Below, in pieces: positions 14,328 through 27,938 of a stretch of DNA of 64,000 bases; within the stretch, counting starts at the first letter, position 1; every line of letters starts with the position of its first letter. The notes under the pieces are model-generated. The model saw nothing but the letters and a program-made list of their open reading frames with translations. It ran no database searches and had not been told where the DNA came from. The stretch is from Octopus vulgaris (taxonomy: Eukaryota): contig OX597833.1 of assembly GCA_951406725.2 (NCBI GenBank), forward strand, positions 33,604,001 to 33,668,000. Reading direction: 5' to 3'. A program made the position numbers and the translations under genes.

Positions 14328-14659
14328 TAAATTAGAGATAAAACCATTATTAGGCAAATCAAACAGTGAAAAACATAAACGAAAACATAAAAATAAAAAT
14401 ATAATGTACAAAATATATAAAATATAAAATTTAAAAATTTAAATTATTTAAATTTAAAATCAAAATTATTAATTTATATTTATAATTCTTTTTTTAAATA
14501 TATATAACTATCAAAAAGTATTAAAAAGTTTAATATACATATTCATATATAGAACACACACACACACACACACATATATATACATTTACCCAATAAATAT
14601 CTGATTCATAATATTTGTTCTCATGATTGTGTGGTGGTGGTGGTGGCGATGATAATTCT

Positions 14660-15049
14660 GTCTATGAATGCAGACAGACGTAGAGAGAGAAAGAGAGTGT
14701 GAAAGTGCTGTCAAAGGCAGTGAGGGGGAGATATAGAACGCTGTTTGACGACGTTATAAAGAGAAAGTGAAGGGGAGTTAGACGCTGTTAAACGTTATAT
14801 ATAGAAAGTAATGGGAAGAGAGGAAAGAGAGTGAGTGACGGAGGAAGACAGATACATAAAAGAGTGAGAGTAGACTTGTCAAAGTGCGTTTTTGGCCCTA
14901 GCAACGACACAGGTATCCTCACCTCATTTTACATGTCCCTGTAAATTTTGGAGTCAATCCGACGGGATCTAGTGGCCATTAACCCGTTCTCAATGCCAAA
15001 ACCAGACAAACAAACAAACTTTTTGCATTTCAGATTTATAATATAGATA
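14660..15049 (+). mobile_element. DINE-1/HINE-like element 3' part
   Basis: GTAAATTTTGGAGTCAATCCG...(ACAA)n...ATTTATAATATAGAT end typical of Helentron-associated elements. Confidence 0.45.
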
Positions 15050-15797
15050 TATATATGTACACATACATGCACACACAGAAATACACACAAACACACATAC
15101 ACACACATATCATCATTATATGCAAAGATGCATGGCCTAGTTGTTCGGCTACTGCACTCATGATCATTAGATCGTGGGTTCAATTTCCTGACTGGGTAGC
15201 ATGTTCTGTTCTTGAGCAAAATACTTCATTTCACATTGCTCTCATCCCACTTTCGATCAGCAGGTAATGTTGGCCTACTTACCTAGCCATGGGAGTGGTG
15301 TCATTTGAAGGTTAAAACAATGCAAAAGCACATTGTGATCAGCAATGTGTAACAACATCTGATAACCTGGTCAGTCACATAGTTACATGATACATATATA
15401 CTTTCAATAGTTTGACTTTTTCACTGTTCATTTTTCCACCTTTTGCTTTTTATCCTTCCATCCATCCACTTTCCATTACTAGTCTTATAGGACAGTTTCC
15501 ATTGTGTTTCTATACATTTGACTTGTCTTAGAGCCGCACAGACTTTATTTTGTTTGTATATTCACATTTATATGTTGTTTGTTTTCATCACTGTCCTCAA
15601 TGTTTGCGTGCTATTCCCAACAGCTTTTTACTGTTGATGCTGCCAAAAATGAATAATATTATCATTAAAAGCATGAAATTGTAATGATTTTTTTTGGATG
15701 ATAACTGACAAGGAAAGAGTACGTTCATCTCTTGTGTGTAGAATTTCCATTCATTCTTTGTCAAGCTTCTGCTCAACTTTTGAAACATATACATACA

Positions 15798-15864
<67 letters not shown>

Positions 15865-15869
<5 letters not shown>

Positions 15870-16263
15870 GGCATGGCTGTGTGGTAAGAAGCTTGCCTTC
15901 CAACCACATGGTTCTTGGTTCAATCCCACTATGTAGTACCAAAGGCAAGTGTCTTCTGCTAAAGCTTCAGCCGATCAAAGCTTTGTGAGTGGACTTGGTG
16001 TATGGAAAATGGAAGAAACCTGTCATACATATATATATATGTGTGTGTGTGTCTATGTTTGCAACCCCCACCATCGCTTGACAGCCAATACTGGTGTTTT
16101 TATGTCCCCATAACTTAGCAGTTCAGCGGAAAGAGACTGATAAAATAAGTACTAGGCTTACAAAGAATAAATGTTGTGTTGATTTCTTCAACTAAAATCC
16201 TTTGAGGTGGTATCCCAGTACAGCCAGAGTCAAATGACTGAAACAAATAGAATGATAAAAGAA
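15865..16263 (+). mobile_element. tRNA-derived SINE (family A)
   Basis: A-box-like TGGCTGTGTGG and B-box GGTTCAATCCC head; body shared with 47183 and 55748 copies. Confidence 0.8.
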
Positions 16264-16648
16264 TATATATATGTTAAAGTGATAGGGAGGAGATGGATAA
16301 TATGAACAGACAGACACACACAGACTGATCAACACTTACATAGAGAAAAGTTGAGAGACTAATAGATTAGAATGCAAATGTATGTATAGATAAGAAGGTA
16401 TCAAATAAACTACATGCAGAGGGTGAAGCATTTAAGCATTCAAGCATTCATTAAATGGATACCAAAGACAGGAATCTTGTTCCAGATAAGTTTCAGTGCA
16501 GACAGGTGGTAATTAGAGATTTCCTTTCTCCCCTTTCTTTCGCTACTGCAATTAGGATACAATCATTCATATATATTGAAGAACATAAGAGCAAATGGAA
16601 CAGTTTACATGCACAAAAAAACACAGGGATATATGGAATATATATGTG

Positions 16649-16692
<44 letters not shown>

Positions 16693-16771
16693 TATGTACA
16701 CACATATATATATATACATACATATATATATATATATACACACATATATATGTACACACATATATATATAT

Positions 16772-16844
<73 letters not shown>

Positions 16845-17170
16845 TGTATACACACACAATTATATATATATTTACGCACACACAAACACACACACACACA
16901 TATATATATACACACACACACAAAAGAAACACATGGATATATGGAATGTAAATGAATATATACATATATTCGAACAACGAAAAAAACAGAGAAAGGAGAG
17001 ATGCAACATTAAGAACATTCCCTTCATCAGTTGTTCCCTGTTTTATCTTTATATACATATACATATATATATATATATATAAGCAAGAAGTTGAGAATAT
17101 AAGAGATAATGGTGTCATTGAGACCCAAAGGTCTCAAAACTAACTTTGACTTAATTTTTCCTCTCACACT

Positions 17171-17225
17171 GTCTCCGATGAAGGGATATTATTATCAATT
17201 AATATTCTACAAACAGCTGTAAGAC
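17171..17225 (+). ncRNA. hammerhead motif, G12 mutated
   Basis: GTCT-CCGATGA-AGGGATATT..AATATTCTA-CAAA-CAGCT-GTA-AGAC; palindromic helix III ACAGCTGT; same family as 53308-53355. Confidence 0.65.
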
Positions 17226-17290
17226 CTTCTATCTATAAATGCTCTAATATCTATACAGCCTTGGTTTTTTTTATCTCATTATCCAAAAAA

Positions 17291-17365
<75 letters not shown>

Positions 17366-17522
17366 GCATACATATATATGTATATATACATATATGTATA
17401 TACACATATATACATATACTCTTTTACTCAGTTATTTGTTTCAGTCATGTGAGTGTAGCCATGCTGGAGCACCACCTTTTAGTTCAAGAAATCGATACAC
17501 ACACAAATATATATGTAAACAG

Positions 17523-17908
17523 TGGAGGCGCAATGGCCCAGTGGTTAGGGCAGCGGACTCGTGGTCGTAGGATCGCGGTTTCGATTCCCAGATCAGGCGT
17601 TGTGAGTGTTTATTGAGCGAAAACACCTAAAAGCTTCATGAGGCTCCGGCAGGGATGGTGGTGATCCCTGTTGTACTCTTTCACCACAACCTTCTCTCAC
17701 TCTTACTTCCTGTTTCTGTTGTACCTGTATTTCAAAGGGCCGGCCTTGTCACTCTCTGTGTCACGCTGAATATCCCCGAGAACTACGTTAAGGGTACACG
17801 TGTCTGTGGAGTACTCAGCCACTTACACGTTAATTTCACAAGCAGGCTGTTCCGTTGATCGGATCAACCGGAACCCTCATCGTCGTAACCGACGGAGTGC
17901 TTCCCACC
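17523..17908 (+). mobile_element. tRNA-derived SINE (family C), near full length
   Basis: TGGCCCAGTGG A-box and GGTTTCGATTCC B-box; CpG-rich; decayed relatives near 3778, 15125 and 26290. Confidence 0.8.
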
Positions 17909-18129
17909 ATATATGTAAACATATATATATATATACAAATCTATATATACATATATATATACATAAATGCATATACACACACACATACACACACACACAC
18001 ACACATACATACATGCATACATACATATACAGTGAATGAAGTATAAGAATTTCGGTCCTTACCTCCTATATAAATTTATACATATATATACATATGGATA
18101 CATATACATACATATATATACATACTTAG

Positions 18130-18197
<68 letters not shown>

Positions 18198-18619
18198 ATT
18201 TATATATACACATATATATATATACACACATATATATATACACATATATACATATATATAACATCTCTGTTAATACTTTCACTATTATATGGTTTCAATT
18301 TCAATTACTTTCATACATATTAATTTCATTTCTCTTACCTTCAATATTTATTTATATGCATGTTTGTATATGTATATATCTTTACACATACACACACACA
18401 TATATATATATATATGCATACACACGCACACGTTTAAACGCATGCACACACACATACATTATTTGTATCCAGGTGCACGCTTTTTGGTTGAGGGATTGAT
18501 GGAGTTCGATTTTTTTGGTGTGGGTGGTCGTGGATCCGCAGGCGCGCGCCTGGGGAGCGGCCGGCCCCATATGCGTGCGTTGTCTGTTTGTGTGTCGTGT
18601 GTGTGAGTGTGCGTTCGTG

Positions 18620-19800
18620 TGTGTGTGTGTGTGAGTATACATACATGCACACGCGTACACATACATACCTACATACATACACGCACACACACTTACACAC
18701 ATACATACATACACACATACACACATACACACACACATATACATACATACACAAGACATACATACAGACACACACCTATACACTCACACATACATACATA
18801 CACACCCACATACACACGCACACACATACATACACACACACGCACACACGCATACATACATACATTACGCCCACACAACTCCAGAGGAAACCCCACGCAA
18901 TACGTACACACACATACATACATACATTCATTCATTCATACATACATACATACATACACACACAAACATACACAGACACACACACATACATACATACACA
19001 CATACATATATACACACACACATACACACACATACACACACACATACATACACACACACATATATGCACATACACATATACATACACACATGCATACACA
19101 CACACACATACTTACGCACATGCATGCATGCATACATACATACATACACACACACACATACACACATACACGCATGCACACATACATACATACATACACA
19201 CACACATACACGCATGCACACATACATACATACACACACATACATACATACACACACACACTTCCACACATACATACATACACACATACACACGCATACA
19301 TACATACATACACACATACATACACGCACACACACATACACATATCCACACACACATACTTACATACACTCATACGGACATACATACACACTCACACATA
19401 CATACATACACAGGCACTAATTCACATACACACCGACACATATACATACACACAACATATACCTCCACGCACACGCACACATACACATACGTACACACAC
19501 ATACATACGCACACCAAAACATGTGCACACATATGCACGCACACGCGCAAAAAGAAACTCAATGCACATACATACACACGCACTCACACACAAATGAACC
19601 CATACACACATCCCATACGGCACACAACCATACATACACACACACAATTATACATATATGCACGTACAAGCACACACACACACATACACTTAGTTAAGCA
19701 CAGTTACTCGCCATACACAAAAAAACGCACACGTACACACACACATACTACAACAAAACACACACACGATACATATACATGCACACACACATACCTCCCT
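18620..19800. repeat. degenerate (CA/TA)n compound microsatellite
   Basis: ~1.2 kb of mixed ACAC/ATAC units; source of His/Thr pseudo-ORFs. Confidence 0.9.
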
Positions 19801-20079
19801 GTTTCTGACCTGCCTTCCTGACTTGCTAGGGTACCACCACACCACTCCTTTAATTCTACTACTGCCTGCCACTAGCCATTGTCCTCCATACACACACACG
19901 CACACACACACACACCCTTGTCATCTCGTACATTCCTTCTTTGATTCAGCTCTCCTGTTTTTAAAAACATGTTCCTCCCTTTTCACCACTTCCGTCTTTT
20001 CAGTATGTGACCTCGTGAAGACTACCTGCAATTTTTTTTTCCCTCTATCCTCCCGCCTCGGGATCTTTCTTTCTCCTAT

Positions 20080-20114
20080 GTTTCCGACAAAGAGCTCCGC
20101 TCGAAACGTCATAC
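20080..20114 (+). ncRNA. minimal PLE-type hammerhead, G8 mutated
   Basis: GTTT-CCGACAA-AGAGC-TCC-GCTC-GAAAC-GTC-ATAC; ACGT palindromic helix III. Confidence 0.6.
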
Positions 20115-20234
20115 CCTCCTTCTTCCCTTCTTTCCTGAGCATCCAATAATACTTTATTTGTTCCACATCCTCGCGTTGTTGTCTTTTTGTTTTCTTGTTT
20201 GGATTAACTTTATATATATATATATATATATAAA

Positions 20235-20449
20235 ACCGCCTGACTGGCCCTTGTGCTGGTGACACGTAAAAGCACCCACTACACTCTTGGAGTAGTTGGC
20301 ATTAGGAAATGCATTGCTTGACATTAACTGTAGAAACTCTGCCATATCAAGATTGGAGCCTGGTGCAGCCATCTGGTTCGCCAATCCTCAGTCAAATCGT
20401 CCAACCCATGCTAGCATGGAAAGCAGACGTTAAACGATGATGATGATGA

Positions 20450-20450
<1 letters not shown>
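20235..20450 (+). mobile_element. RTE-type 3' end with (GAT)n tail
   Basis: shared RTE tail between two (TA)n tracts. Confidence 0.75.
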
Positions 20451-20510
<60 letters not shown>

Positions 20511-20537
20511 TATATATATATATTTATATATATATGT

Positions 20538-21380
20538 AAAATTAAATAAGGGTAGAAATTGATATTAATCAATTAAAACCAGTAGCTTAGCATATTTTTA
20601 AAAAATCCGAAGACAAAAAATTATGCTACATACAAAATTTAGAGGACTGACTACTAAAAGTGGATAACCTATATGCTAAACATAGACGTCAAATCGCCAT
20701 TACCATGAAGAATGTGTTCTCAAGAAAAATCTCAGCAAAAAACTAAAATGTAAGAATAAGCAAGGCAAATGAAAATATATGAAATAAAAAACGATTACCT
20801 ATGTACCAATTGGTTTCACTTGTTAATATTTACGTATATGGATACGTAAACATCTGCAAGATCATCATCATAGTCTGTCGTTTACAAAATACAATTTCCA
20901 GAACTAGACACAGAATGCTCAACCGAAATCCAGCATGTATAAAGTTCTACAAATTATATTTAGATGTATCTTTTCAAATGCCCTCACTTTGGCGCACTGA
21001 GACTGGAAACTACTCTGGAGTTAATGAACTACAGCAGTGAATTTACAGGTTAAAGAACATTTTTTATATTTAAAATTAAATAAGGGAAGAAATTGATATT
21101 AATCAATTAAAACCAGTGGCTTAGCATATTTTTAAAAAATTCGAAGATTAAAAATTGTGCTACATACAAAATTTAGAGGACTGACCACTGATGATCTTGC
21201 AGATGTTTGTGTGTCCATATACGTAAATATTAACTAGTAAAACCAATGGTACATTGGTAATCGTTTTTTATTTCATATATTTTCATTTGCCTTGCTTATT
21301 TTTACACTTTGGTTTTTTGCTGAGATTTTTCTTGAGAACACATTCTTCGTGGTAATGGTGATTTGCCGTCTATGTTTAGC

Positions 21381-21385
<5 letters not shown>
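20538..21385. mobile_element. PLE-like module with direct and inverted repeats and two decayed hammerheads
   Basis: 20538-20653 repeated directly at 21072-21189; ~20675-20867 repeated inverted at 21189-21385; hammerhead motifs 20799-20873 (-) and 21184-21258 (+) with ACCAATTGGT-type helix III; (TA)n both sides. Confidence 0.75.
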
Positions 21386-21413
<28 letters not shown>

Positions 21414-21419
21414 TATGCA

Positions 21420-21757
21420 AACATGTATATAAATACATATTAAAAGTAATAGAAATGAAACTATTATATAGATACATAATGAAAGTAATTGAAATTGAAA
21501 CCATATAATAGAGAAAGTATTAATAGAGATGTTATCATTTCACTTTTGACACATAACAGAGAAAGTGTAAGAGATTGCTCAGGGCTTGAATTAGGTAAGA
21601 AGTTGAAAATTTTTTGGGCCCATGGCAATACATGGACCCTATGTAAGGCGTATATAAAATTTGAATGAAACCCATTGTGTAGTTCTTAAGTCTTAGGGAT
21701 TCACACAGATAAACAGACACATAGGCAGACACATTCTCAGTTTCATATATTAAGATA
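21420..21757 (+). mobile_element. DINE-1/HINE-like element (relatives at 23100-23459 + and ~18260-18350 -)
   Basis: TATAAAATTTGAATGAAA..GTAGTTCT..(ACAG)n..CATTCTCAGTTT..TTAAGAT; near-homologous copy 1.7 kb downstream. Confidence 0.5.
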
Positions 21758-22069
21758 AACACATATATACATACATATACATATGCATATATACATACAT
21801 ATATATAAATACACTCACACACACATAAATATACTTACATAAAAATACATATACATGCATGTGTGTGTGAGAGAGTTGAAACATCTCAAGTGTAACTGTC
21901 CGAAATGGTCGTGACTTCTGGTTCTTGACTGATGAAAGAAAGCCAAGAATGTCCCACTTGTTTTGCCTGTCCTTCTAATTGTTGCTTTTCTTGTCTGCCT
22001 TTGTGTCATCTATCTGTCCAAATGTTTAAATTGCATTTTTGTTCCAATTTTATATATATATATATATAT

Positions 22070-22645
22070 ACGTGAGAAGACCAGGCAGGACAAGTGAGTC
22101 CAGCCCACTTATGCATGCCTTTCCTCCCTTGGACACACAAAGACCTGTTGAGGCAAGCGAAGTTGATATCGAACCTCATCCGATGACAGGCACCCATGCC
22201 AACCCCCTTTGATTGCGAAGACCTGTTGGGGCAAGTGAAATCGAAATCGAAATTGAAATCGGAATCGGAATCGAAATTGAACCAATCCTATGACTGGCAC
22301 CCGGCAGATGCCAGGACCCCTGGACTGGTGGTACGTAAAAAGCACTATCCGAATCGTGGCCGATGCCAGTGCCGTCTCGACTGGCTTCCGTGCCGGTGGC
22401 ACGTAAAATGCACCAATCCGACCGTGGCCGTTGCCAGCCTTGCCTGGCACCTGTGCAGGTGGCACGTAAAAAGCACCCACTACACTCACAGAGTGGTTGG
22501 CATTAGGAAGGGCATCCAGCTGTAGAAACATTGCCAGATAAGACTGGAGCCTGGTGCAGCCTTCTGGCTTCCCAGATCCCTGGTCGAACCGTCTAACCTA
22601 TGCTAGCATGGAGAACGGACGTTAAACGATGATGATGATGATGAT
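22070..22645 (+). mobile_element. RTE LINE 3' UTR with repeated hairpin modules and (GAT)n tail
   Basis: repeated GTGCCGGTGGCACGTAAAA.GCACC modules then shared tail. Confidence 0.75.
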
Positions 22646-22769
22646 ATATATATATATATATATATATAAGATCAGCAACAATTTAGATTCAAATGAATAT
22701 GGTACTTAATTTAGAGGCATCAGAATTTTGTATAGTGTTACCCATAAAAATGTGTGGGGTGATAATAAT

Positions 22770-22879
22770 AAAAATAAGCAACAAGAATGATACCTGTAAT
22801 TTAGTACAATTGTTTCATACTACATGTAGTATGAAACAATTGTACTAAATTACCGGTATAATTCTTGTTGCTTATTTTT
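22770..22879. repeat. 110-bp palindrome made of the 3' half of a hammerhead module
   Basis: 55-bp arms centred on TACA|TGTA (22824/22825); each arm has GAAACAATTGTACTAAA as in 52835-52925 but no CTGATGA half. Confidence 0.85.
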
Positions 22880-22954
22880 GTATATATATATATATATATG
22901 TATATGTATATATATATATACATTTAATGAAGTGTAAGGATTTCAGTCCTCACC

Positions 22955-23009
<55 letters not shown>

Positions 23010-23042
23010 TTTACTCACATATATATTCATACATAGATATAG

Positions 23043-23087
<45 letters not shown>

Positions 23088-23647
23088 TACAGACAGACAG
23101 ACATACAAACATGTATATAAATACATATTGGAAGTAATAGAAATGAAACTAATATATATAGATACATAAAGAATGTAACTGAAATTGAAACCATATAATA
23201 GTGAAGGAATTAATAGAGATGTTATTGTTTCACTTTTGACACGTAATATGGAAAGTGTAAGAGATAAGAGATAGCTCAGTGCTCGCATTAGGTAAGAAGT
23301 TGAGAATTTTTTTGCTCATTACACTGCATGGACCATAAGTAAGGCATGTATAAAATTTGAATGAAATCCGTTGAGTAGTTCTCGAGTTTTAGGGATTCAC
23401 ACAGACAGACAAACACACAGACAAGCAGACACACATTCTCAGTTCTATACATTAAGATAAAAATATATGAATACTAAAAATATACTTGGACATATAAGTA
23501 TATAGATTTATAAACATACTAATGATATAATATAAATAAAAGTAATAGTGGAATATAGATAAAAAACGTTTTTAAAAAAGTTTAAAGTATGGTATAGTAA
23601 TAGGCATTAAAAACAGTTTTGGGTTACAAGTTAGAAGAAATACAGTG

Positions 23648-23735
23648 TTCCAACGATCGTTTCTGGAGCTCATTCATCTGAATTACAGATGAATCTTAAG
23701 ATTCATTTCCAGTGAATGGCCACTTCATCAGGGAA
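23648..23735 (-). ncRNA. type I hammerhead motif, expanded helix II
   Basis: TTCC-CTGATGA-~60 nt hairpin-rich insert-GAAA-CGATC-GTT-GGAA; palindromic ACGATCGT; base of helix II poorly paired. Confidence 0.65.
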
Positions 23736-23899
23736 AAAGAAAAATGATGTTTACGCTAGATATGCATTCAGTACTTTATAAAGGTATGACAAAATTGGAT
23801 GCTTTCATAGAAGAGTGGATATAGCTATATAAATAATGGAAATTTATGAGGGCTGATGGGAGTAAAATTAGATTGCTTACTTTCTTTCTTAAAATTTAT

Positions 23900-24677
23900 A
23901 TCTGTATTGGTGATATATTGTTGTGCACTTTTGGAATTCGGCCTGGAAGTTGTTTTCCACCTTCTGCAATTCTCTCTGGATCTTGACAACAGTGTTAAAA
24001 TGGTGAGCTTTGAGCTGCATTTTAATCTTGGGGAAGGGATGGAAGTCAACAGGTGCTAAATCTAGTGAATAGTGTGAGTGCAGAAGCAATATCACATTGT
24101 TTTTGACGAGAAACTCATGAATAAGGAGAGTTTGGTGACAGAGTACATTGTCATCATGAAGAATCCAATTGTTCATGTTCCACAGATCTAATTACTTTCA
24201 CCAGATGTCTTCCCACAAATGCTTCAAAACATCACAGTAGAATTCTTGATTGACAGTCTAGACCTTGGAGATGAATTCTCAATGCACAATACCACATTTC
24301 TGGGAGTGATGCTTGTGACAGGTCTTCCATGGCCACTACTCCACTTTTGAAGTGCTCGTGTCACTCAAAACCTTGTGTACAACCCATTGCCTTGTCACTG
24401 TAAGCCTGCCAAAGCATGCTCAATGTCTCCCAAGATTAACACAAAATTTCACATTGGCTCTTCATTCCAACTTCTTGTCCATGACAAAATCACAAACTAC
24501 AGCATACAGATGATCATAAAAAACACAAATTTTATAACTTGTGAAGTAAATACAACCACATCACTCAGCACACTACCTATTGTAGGTTACTGCTAGCTCT
24601 CACTGCTCACGCAAACATGTGCTACCATCTGTTGGTGCACTAAAGAACAAGTCCGGGAACTTTTTGATACCACCTCA
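23900..24677 (-). mobile_element. mariner remnant (same family as 10249-11076)
   Basis: WILHDDN..H..EFL.KN..HYSLDLAPVDFHPFPKIKMQLK; TIR GGGAACTTTTTGATACCACCTCA followed by TA. Confidence 0.8.
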
Positions 24678-26749
24678 TATACTCATATTTTGAGTCATAT
24701 TATTCCTGTTTGCATCACCATACCTTCTATATAGGTTTATAAACGTGTGTGTGTGTGTATGTGAGTGTATCCCATAATAATTTAGAAACTTTCAGAGGAC
24801 ATGAAATAATACATTTGTATTGGTGGAATTCAAAACAGATAAAGCTATAAATAATAGCATGTAAAAATTGGGTTAAAAAAGCTTTGGATGGACTAAGTCA
24901 AAGGTTCTGTGTGTGTGAATGTGTGCATGTGTGTGTGAGAGAGAGATATAAACAGCGTCCTAGATTCTAAGCCAGAATTTGAAACCGAGCCTACATTTTT
25001 TAACAAGTTCCTTATTATTATTGTTATACTTGAGGATGGTCATATTTTGCTAATTAAGCACACATGTTATGTATTTGATCTTCACCTCAGCTTTATTATT
25101 TCAGTTTCTTTGCCAAAGCTCTTTCATTACACACCCTGTGACCATTTCAGTGACTTTCTAACCCATGTGTCTCCCTTTGTTCTTTATTATTGTTCTCCGC
25201 CTTTGCACTCAGAAATTTATGAGAGTCAAATTTAGATCAGTTCTATTGTTTAAGGGACTATTTCAAGTCAAGCTCAGGTCAAAGCAGATAGAAGATGGAA
25301 AATCCTTTGTTTAACCTTACCTAATTTAGTTAGAAAATATATAAATACAGAACCCAAAATTAATTCTAACTCTTTGGTTACTCATCACCAAGCTAAAAAG
25401 AACCTTTTTTGCTCCCTTCACTCATGGCTTTTCAAAGAGGGAGCATTTAACTTTCACTCCCTATACTTTGTCAACACAAAGAAGTAGACTCTCTTACCCT
25501 CTCTCTCTCTCTCGCTCTCTCTCCCTCCTTTTCAGATATTCACACACAGACACAGTCAAACACACAAATATGAAGTGGTCTTGCAGTGGATTCTCTCCTA
25601 GCTGTCATCCTACAAGACACCTACAAGAGTTGTCCTCTTGTAAGTGTCATGTGTCACATTTACTTGAATTTAGAGAGGACAGCTGTGTATGCATGCATGT
25701 GTGGGTGTTGGTGAGTGAGAGTGTGAATTTGTGTGTATATGTAGGTGATAAGTGTTAGAATGTTTACATGAGTGTTTTTGTGAGTGAATGTTCATACATA
25801 TAAGAGAGGGTATGTGAAGTGCACATATTTGTGGGTGTACTTGTGCATATTAGCTTATGCTTGCAAGTATCTTTATGCATGTGTACTTATTTATATATGT
25901 TCTGTCTCTCCTTCTTTCTATGCCTTCTCTCTCTCCCTTTCTTTCTCTGTGTGTGTGTGTTCTCTTTCTCTTTTTAATCTATAATAAATTTTTGACCTGC
26001 CACCTACTTTGTAGCAAGGTTGTGAAGGAAAGCATCTTGTTTTGTTCATCATCCTTGAAATCTTAAGAAGTTCTTGCAGATATCATGACCATTTATAGCA
26101 TATGAATTAAGGATTTGTATTCTCTCCCCAAGACTGGTTGGTATGTATTCTGTTGTTCTTCTGTATGAAGATGAAAGTGCAAACTCCTTAGCAGTGATCC
26201 GTAGATGTCCTGTTTCTCTTGTATTTTTCTAACTACATTGGTGTCCAGATGGATGGACAGACAGATAATCATATGTATGTAAGACAACCCAGTGTGACTG
26301 AATGGTTATGAACTTAGCTTCACAATCATGCAGACTTGGGTTTGATCTCACTGATTTGCATTTTTGGCAAATGCCATTTTCTGTAACCTCTGTTCAAATT
26401 TTACCTGTAATTCAAAACGGAGGGTCTTGTCACACACCATGTGTCACACTAATTCTATCTGGGAATTATGTCAAGAGTGCATGTGTCTGTAGAATACTCA
26501 GCCACTCACACATAAATTCAGGAGCAGGTAATTCAGTTCATCAAACAAACTGAATACTCACCATTGAACAATGGAGATACACAGAAAAAATTATATATAT
26601 ATTATATATTAAACAATGATGTATGCACACACACACACACATATATGAATACATATATACATATGCAGATGTATATATACACAAATTATATATATGAATA
26701 CATACATACATATGTATATATATACATACATATATTTGGCATTATGTTG

Positions 26750-27050
26750 TGCTTGAGAAGAAGACCCATCAATCCAAGCAAAATTGCAGTCAGATATTGG
26801 TTTCACACAAATTGGCACCTGTGCTGGTGGCATACAGAACCACTCTGGTGTCATGCAAATGGCACCCCTGCTAGTGGCACGTAAAAGCACCCATTACACT
26901 CTCAGAGTGGTTGATGTTAGGAAGGTCATCCAGCTGTAGAAAACCATGGCAAATCAGACTGGAGTCTGGTGCAGCCTTCCAGCATGCCAGCCCAGTCAAA
27001 CTGTCCATCCCAAACCAATATGGACAACGGATGATAAATGATGATGATGC
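26750..27050 (+). mobile_element. RTE-type 3' end
   Basis: shared tail with (GAT)n. Confidence 0.65.
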
Positions 27051-27097
27051 ATATACACATATGTGTGTGTGCGTGTATGTGTGTGTAAATATACATA

Positions 27098-27938
27098 CAA
27101 CATGGTATCAAAAAGTTCTCGGACTAGTTCCGTAGTGCTCCAACAGATAGCAGCACATTGTTGCATGAACAGTGAGAGCCAGCAGTGACCTTCATGAAGC
27201 TGTGTGCTGAGTAACATTGCTGTTGTTACTTCGCTAGTTATAAAATTTGTGTTTCTGTTACCATGTGTATGCTATAGTCTGCAATTTTGTCATGGACAGG
27301 CAGTTGGAATAAAGAGCCAACTGAAAATTTTGCATTAAACTTGAGAAATCTGCTTCAGCAAGCTTATGGCAATGAAGCAATGGAAGAGTCCTTCATCTCC
27401 ATAACCAAAGAAGGCACAACAGAGCCGCTGCTCAATCAAGAGCATGGTCATCGTTTTTTCGGCATCCATGGTATTGAGTATTGAGAATTCCTCCCCCAGG
27501 GCCAGACTATCAATCAAGAGTTCTACTGCGACGTTTTGAAGCATTTGAGGGCGGACATTCAGTAAAAGCAACTGGATCCATGGAACATGAAGAATTGGAT
27601 TCTTCATGATAACAATATACCCGGTTACTGAGCTCTCCTCATTTGTGAGTTTCTCACCAAAAACATGATATTGTTTCCACACCTGCCCTATGCAGACTTC
27701 CATCTCTTCCTCATGAGGGAAATGCAGCTCAAAAGGTCACCGTCTTAACACTATTGCTGAGATCCAGAGCAAATCACAGACGGTTCTCGACTCACTTTAT
27801 GGAAACCAACTTCCAGGCTGAATTCCAAAAATGGCAGGAATCCTGGAACCGGCATATTGATGCACAAGATGACTATTTTGAAGGAGATGATGTTAAAACT
27901 TAGATAAATAAGTTATTTTTTATTGAATATAACTAGTA
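27098..27938 (+). mobile_element. mariner remnant (same family), + orientation
   Basis: TIR TGGTATCAAAAAGTTCTCGGACTAGT; reverse-complement homology to the 10249 and 23900 copies. Confidence 0.8.

Noticed and set aside
17523-17600. tRNA-like sequences with A/B boxes
   Set aside because: SINE heads fused to repeat bodies; no complete cloverleaf
18588-19821. 369- and 404-aa His/Thr/Tyr-rich ORFs and the many YIYI/CVCV ORFs
   Set aside because: Translations of (CA)n/(TA)n microsatellites, open in several frames on both strands
25536-25639. Candidate + strand exon (CT tract AG ... GTAAGT) and strong acceptor at 30956
   Set aside because: Could not be joined in phase to the 36519 exon; acceptor tracts may be microsatellite-derived
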